DNA of 64,000 nucleotides. Source: Spizellomyces punctatus DAOM BR117 (Eukaryota). The translations under genes were made by a program, and so were the position numbers. The first letter of the stretch is position 1, and the number at the start of each line of letters is the position of its first letter. Under the pieces are notes generated by a model. The model worked only from the letters and a program-made list of their open reading frames with translations. It was not told where the DNA came from and made no database searches. The stretch is from NCBI GenBank assembly GCA_000182565.2, contig KQ257454.1; one strand, given 5' to 3'. Shown one piece after another: positions 56,428 through 64,000 of the stretch.

Positions 56428-56749
56428 TCTCTCGTGCTGTGCAAATGTTTTAAATTGCAAAGCAATACGAAATGCGCTCACTTGCCATGAAGTGAGGATC
56501 GCGAAACCAAGCCCCATGCGCCACACACTATCCACCAATCAGAGGAACATCCAAAAGAAAACACGACTACGCCACACGTAGGCCGAGCGACGGCCTCCTC
56601 CTGCATCTCACGCACGGCAACTCTTTTTCCTTTTTTCTCCCTCTCGTCGTCGTTCGTCGTGTGCATTTCCATTACTTCGTGATTTGCCCGAACATTTTCG
56701 CTACGGCCCACCCTTTTCTTTTCAAGAAGACACTTTTGAAAGACTTGCC

Positions 56750-57055
56750 ATGGCTCACTCTGCTGTTTGGTTCTCTCACCCCCGCAAGTACGGAAAGGGA
56801 TCTCGTCAATGGTACGGGTTTAACGAATATGTAGGAGAGTGGACTTGGTTGTGAAGTGACACACTTGCTTTTTTGTAGCCGCGTCTGCGCTCACCAGGCC
56901 GGTTTGATTCGTAAATACAACCTCAACATTTGCCGTCAATGCTTCCGCGAGTACTCTCAGGACATTGGATTCATCAAGGTTTGTTTTTAGATACTGTTCT
57001 TGTCGTCGTTGTTGGTATGGTCTAATGTTTTTTGTGAATGTTATAGTACCGTTAA
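56750..57055 (+). CDS. RPS29: 40S ribosomal protein S29 (uS14), 3 exons
   Basis: [56 protein letters not shown]. Confidence 0.96.
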
Positions 57056-57639
57056 GCCTTTACGGATGTGGTGTGGTACCCCCTTTTGTTGTTGTTGGGC
57101 CGTAGCGGGGGGTTAGTGGACTTTTAATAGTACACTTGGTTTTTTACGTCCAATTACCGTTCTTTTGCGAGTTTGGGTGGCGATCATGTGGGAGTTCTGT
57201 TTTTTCCAGGAGGGAGTTTCTGATGCATCATGATGGGCGAATCAGCATTGTCGCAAATGTGGAGCACAGGGGTTGTACATCTGTTCAGACGAAATATCTG
57301 CGATGGCGGAGTGGCATCTCCAAACTCACATGGCAAAATGGGACCAGCAGTTCCAACAGCGTACTATTGCATATGATGCTCTATGCCTACGCTGCTAATG
57401 TCCTGGGTGGTGGGGACAATGTGTTACCCAAGAAGACCGCATTGATTCGGGTTCAGCTGGCCAAAAAGATGAAGCACGCATTAATCCCATTCACGAACAT
57501 GCCTTGCTAGCAATTCGTTCCAAACTCGCATCTCATGTCTATCTGGAAGTCACCCACACATGTCTTTAGGAGAACAGTCTCTCAATATTCACAGGTAATC
57601 GAAAATAAAATTATACAAAATAATAGTGTGCCTATGGCA

Positions 57640-58793
57640 TTACAAGAAAAACCTTCGTCGACTCGTATCCAATTCCGGCTAACAATAAATCATGAGTCCA
57701 AACTATCCCAAAACCCATGCACACACACGACATTCTCACCTTGTGCATCCATTCATATTCTCCATACTTTGTATCAAACGTTCCTTTTTGAAGCCATCGA
57801 AGCTTTAACGTGAACCTCGGTCCAAGTTCCTGTAGATCGCACCGCTCACCGTCTCTAAAGATATACCTACGAACAACGAAAAATATCCATCAGCCACGCA
57901 CCCTAACCACGCATACACAAAAAATCAAAACAAACCTATGCCGCCTAAAGAAAATAAAATCCCTCTGATTATGAAACGTTGCGACTTGTCTCCCCTTAAA
58001 CTCTGGTACATGCGGAAAAAGCGCTGCAAAAAACCTTCCAACAGTATGTCCCAGCCGTGTCGAAAAGTTGTTTAAAATAAGTTCAGGTTTATGTGCGTCT
58101 GTTTTGCCGTGTCCTCGGATTTCTTTGGAGAGTTTAATGCTTGAGAGCTTAAAGTGGGCTGTGGGGCCGTTTGGGAGGTGGATCATTGTTATGGCGTCTA
58201 CAAACAAAATGGGTTGGTCACTTATGTAAAGAAATATTGGGATAAAGAAAGTCGTACGTACTAGGTGTCTTTCGGTCTTCGTTAATGACAATCACGTCCG
58301 TATAATCTCGCTTAATGGCCAACTCGACAATCTTTTTGATTTCGAATTGGGATCCTCGTTTTACAAACTCTGCATCCGGAAAGATGGATACGAATTCATT
58401 TGCAAATTCATAAACGTTCTATAAAAGGTGTGAGTTATCAACCTTTCATGCTGTTGCTTGGAGTTGATGACATACCGCACTGGCCCGTTTAGAAGTCGTC
58501 ACCAAAATCTTTGGTCTTGCCCCACTAAAATACTCTTTGAATTCATCCACACCCTCCTCTTCCATCACCTCCTCATCATCCCCAACAAGCGTCTCGTCCA
58601 CCTCCCGCATATTCTCCAATGTTTTCGGAACATTTTTTTCTAATCGCTCGGCTTTCAGTTCTGGTGCGTCGGCTTCTTGTTTTGCGAGGGTTTTGCGGCG
58701 ATTGAATTTGGCTTTTGCTTTAAGGGATTTGAGACGGTGTGCGACTTCTGAGCGCTTGAGCTTGTTTTTAATATCTGATGGATTTCGAGGCAT
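57640..58793 (-). CDS. RPF1: Brix-domain ribosome production factor 1, spliced
   Basis: [79 protein letters not shown]. Confidence 0.93.
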
Positions 58794-59236
58794 GGTTGGC
58801 AAAGAATGTGTGTTGTGTAATGTTGAAATGCAAAGACGAACATGCTCTCCATGCATTGATCTTCCCAAAAAGAAATATGCATTGGAATGCGTTTCACGTG
58901 ACCTTTGACGTGTGTTATTACGTAATCGGCCCATGTGTGCTTAAAAGTCATTTATAGATATCGATATATGCATTTCTTACGTGTTAAAAACTAGCGTAGG
59001 ATATGCTGAAAGCATTGGTGTAAACAGAAGAAGAATACTATGGCTGCACTGTGTTTTCATAATAGAATTGTTGGAATAATTCCATTTGCTCCGTTGAAGA
59101 CTTCTGTTGAAAAAAATACTAGGCGCGCCTAACGTGAGGAATTTTTAAGACTTGGGGGTTTTAGAAGGGTACCTGACCCTCTCGAACAATTGACGACTTA
59201 CGTCCCATTTCACATCATCATTCTTGTATTTACAGC

Positions 59237-60990
59237 ATGTCGTTCTCGGAACGCAGTCCCCTCCTCACATCACCCACACACCCCCGTCCCCGCTCGAATT
59301 CCACTTCTACGACCATTACAACTCAAACCCTCATGGGTGCCCTCGAAGCTGCCCATATCCATGCTCCACCAATCGATATTCCCTCTTCCTCCTCCTCGTC
59401 TTCAGGGGATGAGGAAGAAGGGTCTTTAAGCGTTCGACCTGTTACGGCCCGGGTACCGAGTATAGAGTCACCGACATGTCCGGATCTGAATAGTTCGTCA
59501 AGTGTGGATTTGAATCGGAAAAAGTTGATCATTGCGACTGTATTGTGTTTTTTGTTTTTTCTGGTGGAGCTTGTTGCGGGGCTTGTTGCTGGTGCGTATT
59601 GCTTTTTTATTATGTGCAAGAATGACACAATGTAGAAAGATTCGTGAAAAGTAGCCAATGTTTTTTGTTGCTGCGGATAGGTTCGTTGGCGATCTTGAGC
59701 GATAGTTTCCATTTATTATCGGATATTGCTGGGTTTGCCATTTCGTTGGCTGCCCTGTACCTTTCCCAACAACCCGCCACAAAACGTACGTATCACTTTG
59801 TAACCCTTTCACAGAAACACACACGTATTAACGTTAAAACACTAGGCCACTCTTACGGCTTTTACCGTGCCGAGATTATTGGTGCCATCCTCTCGACCTT
59901 CCTCATCTGGATCTTAACGGCCGTTCTCGTCTGGGAAGCCGTCGAACGGATTCGGAATCCGGTCCCGATTGATGGGCGTATCATGTTTGGGACGGCTGCT
60001 CTGGGGGTTTTTGTGAATATTGTGCTGGGGTTTACGTTGCATGGGGGACATGATCATGGGCATGGGCATTCACATGGGCATTCGCATGGGCATTCGCATG
60101 GACATGGACATGAACACGGTCATGAACACGGACATGATCATGGACATGATCATTCTGAGCATGACCACCCTCACGATCATCCTCACACTCTGGACCATTC
60201 TTCACCAAAGAAGCGAAAATCCGTACGTACCATACCCTCACATTCCTTTACTGCTAAACCTCACACATACTCATACACAACATGTCTAGCACACAAACAT
60301 TAATGTCCAATCCGCTGCTATACACGTCATTGGCGACCTCCTTTCCTCCATTGGCGTCCTCATCGCCGCAACCGTCATTTGGATCAACCCATCCCTCACT
60401 ATCGTAGACCCGATATGCACATTTGTGTTTTCGGTGTTTGTCTTGGCGACTACCGTGAGACTCATGATGAATAGTTTTACGGTTCTTATGGAGGGTATGT
60501 CCTTGTATAACGGGCTTTTGTTTTTGTGTAAGGTTTTGATTTTTTTTTGTGTTGGATTCGTAGCCACTCCACATGATATTGATCCGATGGCTGTTGCGAG
60601 TGATTTGAGACGGATTGCGGGTGTACGCGATGTACATGATTTGCATATTTGGAATCTTACGCTAGGAAAGGTAATATATTTTACAGCGCACTCTTCCTTT
60701 TGTATCGAGTAGAGCAAAAACTAAAAATCATATCCATCAAGGTCTCACTCTCGGCCCACCTTGAAATCCAACACCACTTTCCAAATGGCACCGAACTGGA
60801 TTTAAACGACTACCATACCATTTTAACTCAAGCCCAAAACATGCTGTGCTTTAAATATGGTATCCATCATGCTACGGTTCAACTGGAGGGTATGCCTGTT
60901 GATGAGGTGTACGTGGAAGAGGAAGGGAGTGATGGGGTTGGGAGTGCGAGAGTACATTGTAATCCGATCATGTGTCGAACAGGGGTATAG
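59237..60990 (+). CDS. CDF zinc transporter (ZnT2/Zrc1-like), spliced
   Basis: SLAILSDSFHLLSD, SYGFYRAEIIGA, His-rich loop, NVQSAAIHVIGD, VHDLHIW, GIHHATVQLE. Confidence 0.93.
60047..60200 (+). repeat. Coding His-rich tandem repeat (12-nt units such as catgggcattcg, catgaacacggt)
   Basis: Encodes HDHGHGHSHGHSHGHSHGHGHEHGHEHGHDHGHDH in the CDF cytosolic loop. Confidence 0.85.
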
Positions 60991-61086
60991 ATGCGTTTAT
61001 TGCATAATATATAATAGTAGATTGGAGTCATTCTATATCCCTTTTACATTTTGTTTTTCCGCGCTCTTTTCGCGTGTATGTCGGAA

Positions 61087-62190
61087 CTATACCTTGACCT
61101 CCTCTCCAACAGGACACCCCACCTCTTTGAGCACCTCCATAGGCCCAACCCTCTTCACCACCTCCAATTGCTCCTCATTCTTAACCAACAACATCCCCGC
61201 AAACCCCACCGAATTGACACTCACCCCAAACGCCCTCTCAACCCTCCTCGGCACAACCATCATAAACTCTCGTGTCATAATCATATTATACGATGCCTGT
61301 GGGTGTGCTGCATCGGGTACACCGGACGCTACATGTTCATTTCGCTGTAAACACGGCCCGGGATCCAACCTTGCAGATCTAAACGCGTGTTGAACGAGCG
61401 CTTTGTATATTGTTTCGAGTGTTGTCGGTGTGGGTGTCGCTGGAAGGAGAGATATCCCATGTGCAAAAGGGAGTGTTGCATCTGAAAAGGGTGTACCTGT
61501 ACCCCATTGTTAACATTGTCCGCATGTGTGGGTGTTTTTGGATGGCTAAAAAAACCTACCGGGTTGGTCTTTGCGCGTTGATATAAGTGTTTGAAGGGGC
61601 GGATATACATCATCTACTTCTGTTGATGCCGGTATGAGTTGTATGTGTTTATGTGGGACGCTGGGTAGTGTTAATAACGATCGTTGTTGTCGAATTTACA
61701 AGACGATCAGTATTTTACCTTGCACCGGATTCGGGTCCGCAGTTGTAGAATCCTAAATATTGACTTCCACCTTGTGTCATGACATTCCATGTTGCGCTGA
61801 AATCGTGTGCGTTGAGGGGGAACATTTGTGATTCAAATTCTACCTTCCATCAACACGTCGTACCATATGTTCACTGGTAATGAATGTTCTAATTGTCCCA
61901 TCCTTACCTTTGGTAACAACCAAAACATGTCCCTTGACCACACTAAATTTATTCAACAAAACAACATGCCGCTCGTATTCATGTACAAACATGGCTGGAT
62001 CGTAGGGTAAGAATGGGTTTCGCTTGTCGGCGACATAGCCATCTGGTTTCTTGGTAAGAGATGGTGCGAGGCGGATTTGGAATGCTATACCGTGCGTAGG
62101 GTGGATGTGGAGTTGAGATGGTATGAAAAACAAATGAGACGATGCGAGGGCTTTCTCGAACGCTGTGGTGATCTTTTGGCCAAGTGACAT
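61087..62190 (-). CDS. APA2: Ap4A phosphorylase / ATP adenylyltransferase, multi-exon
   Basis: NPFLPYDP, VLLNKFSV, FYNCGPESG|ASQRHKHIQL (HxHxQ), SYNMIMT...VPR...VNSVGFAGMLLVK. Confidence 0.88.
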
Positions 62191-62394
62191 CTGGAGCAGA
62201 TCTTACCCGCAGCGCGGAATCGACGGGACCCTGAAACTTCACAAAACAACAAACACGAGCGCGAATGACCTCATCCTTGTTGACATGGCAACACCCGATG
62301 TTGGAAGGCCAGATGACCTTTCCTTTGGGCTTGACTTTTCTTGACTTTGATTTTTGCAATCTCCCCCCATCTTTCACCAGTTGACAGCTACAAA

Positions 62395-62745
62395 ATGGCC
62401 CTCCCAATAGACCGAACTCAAATCCTCCGACTTTACCGACGTCTCCTTTCGTCCTCACGGTAAGAACCTGTTCTTGCATCCCATAAACACTGCCACCACA
62501 ACAAAACTAAATTGTTCTTGCATACCAAAAGAACCCTCCGATACACAGACCAAGACTACTTTCGCTTCCGTATCCGAGAAGCATTTCGACAAAACCAGGA
62601 TGTCACGGATTCGGCAAGACAGGAGCGACTTTTCAAGGTATGTTACTGGTGTCATGCTTGTTATTTTGGATTATGGGTGTTTATTGTTGAACTTTTTTAG
62701 AGGGGCGTATTTATGTTGGAGAATGAGCGGGGTGGGTTGGTATAG
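62395..62745 (+). CDS. LYR-motif microprotein, AltMiD51/L0R8F8 (MIEF1 uORF)-like, 3 exons, 71 aa
   Basis: Exons 62395-62459, 62532-62637, 62701-62745 give MALPIDRTQILRLYRRLLSSSRTLRYTDQDYFRFRIREAFRQNQDVTDSARQERLFKRGVFMLENERGGLV. Confidence 0.85.
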
Positions 62746-63231
62746 GTGTGCGCAAAGAATGTCTATGAGGATATCAAAAAGCATGGTTGAGAGCAACCAT
62801 CGTTGGAGTGGAAATGGTGCTTTTCTGTGTATATTGGGACTTGGGCAATGTAAATAGGACTTGTTTTGTTTATGTGGAGTAGTTCATTGGTGGGTCTTTC
62901 GTTGAGGCGGGACGGTTGCGAGTCTGCAACAAATGGCCATGTCATGTTTCTGTGATGTACAAAGAATCACACATGTATGATTGTTCTTTAAAAAAGCGGA
63001 TGCATTGTGGTAGATTCACCTCGTCATTGAATGCAAACCGTCTATCAGACGAATCAGATATACCATCATATCATAACCTTCATGCAATACCCAACATTTC
63101 AACGTTCCGGTATCCACAAAGCCCAATTTCATCCACACAGCAATTCTCATAGTTAAACGACACCTACTACCGACCCACCTCTTCGACGCTACTCGCCGAA
63201 GATGTATCCGAGGAACCCCCAGTAACCTTTC

Positions 63232-64000
63232 TCAAATGCGCTTCCCGCCCCATACGTATATCCACCTCATCAAAGATTTCCACACAGAGTCGAGCAGCTG
63301 CGGCTTGGGCCAAACCAAACATCAAGGGTCCAACCCAGGGTATCGAGAGACAGAACCAAAACGGGAGCGTAAAACCGGCAATGATGGGTTCGTTCCGAGC
63401 AAGCCAAGCTCTCCGCTGGATAAAAACACATCAGCACGCTTCAAAGAGATACATTAAAATAGAAACCAAAGAAGCACTACCTGACTAGAATTAAGCTGAG
63501 ACCGACACAAGTACGGTTCAACCAACTCCCGCTCTAGGGCTCTGAACCCCCATATTCCCCTCAACATCGGCCCCGTTACGAATTTCCACCAAGGCGGTGA
63601 AATCAGCCCCGCGGCACACATCCACGCCGCCCGATAAAACCCGACTGCGAATCCCAGATATGTAAATGTCGCTGCTGGCCAGGCTAGCAGCCCAAGAACA
63701 GGGACCAAAGACGCAATATAAATCACTGCGAGGATGATGATGCGTTTCGCGTATCGCTTGAGGTAGGAAAGGATCCGAAGTGTCCATGATCGTCGTCCTT
63801 GCTGTGTACTCACAGACCCAGTGAGCGCCGAAAAAGCCGATCGCTCCACAGGCATCGGTTCATCTAGCACCCTCGCAAATCGCATGACAAACCTCGCTTT
63901 GGCACTTGGTAATGCCAATTGAAGCGTCAATCCCCTCAACGCCTCAAAAAACAATCTATCCAGCGGCTCTGGCCATGCATATCGAAGTAAATACAACCCT
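63232..64000 (-). CDS. Multi-pass membrane protein (fungal UsgS/EI24-like), 5' end outside the window
   Basis: LRY...LDRLFF, IASLVPVLGLLAWPAATF, RELVEPY, IAGFTLPF...IPWVGPLMFGLAQAAAA. Confidence 0.6.

Noticed and set aside
57136-57510. 124-aa ORF and TGATG box-C-like words between RPS29 and RPF1
   Set aside because: TTG start, no recognisable family, and no convincing C/D box pair with a guide sequence
60047-60200. Short repeats that could suggest a CRISPR array or minisatellite element
   Set aside because: In-frame His-rich loop normal for CDF transporters; no spacers; eukaryotic context
62395-62745. Calling the LYR gene ISD11 because NFS1 is in the window
   Set aside because: Lacks the ISD11-type YNFREY motif; LRYTD fits AltMiD51 better

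Overview
This is gene-dense eukaryotic DNA with short GT-AG introns (mostly ~50-110 nt). It mixes fungal-type housekeeping genes with motile-cilium genes (CFAP299, CFAP53, ODA-DC2), so the source is most likely a zoosporic fungus (chytrid-like); this is an inference. I can support about 35 protein-coding genes. I found no rRNA, tRNA, CRISPR array or intact mobile element. Exon joins were read by eye and need RNA-seq. Highlights: (1) a 13-exon, ~1090-aa fusion of signal peptide, animal-type heme peroxidase, heme-type DOMON and class C GPCR 7TM. Its peroxidase domain keeps the proximal His but has lost the distal His and Arg, so it is a candidate heme/redox-sensing receptor. (2) A probable securin (3 KEN boxes, D-box, EIEYMP pseudosubstrate). 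(3) A stand-alone homolog of the human uORF microprotein AltMiD51/L0R8F8. (4) A Ub-Ub-AN1 zinc-finger fusion. (5) A tail-anchored thioredoxin with a Cdc48-binding SHP box and a GC-AG intron. (6) Recurrent promoter TCACGTG E-boxes, several sulfur/one-carbon genes, and a quasi-periodic CA-rich/GT-rich strand skew in the right half.
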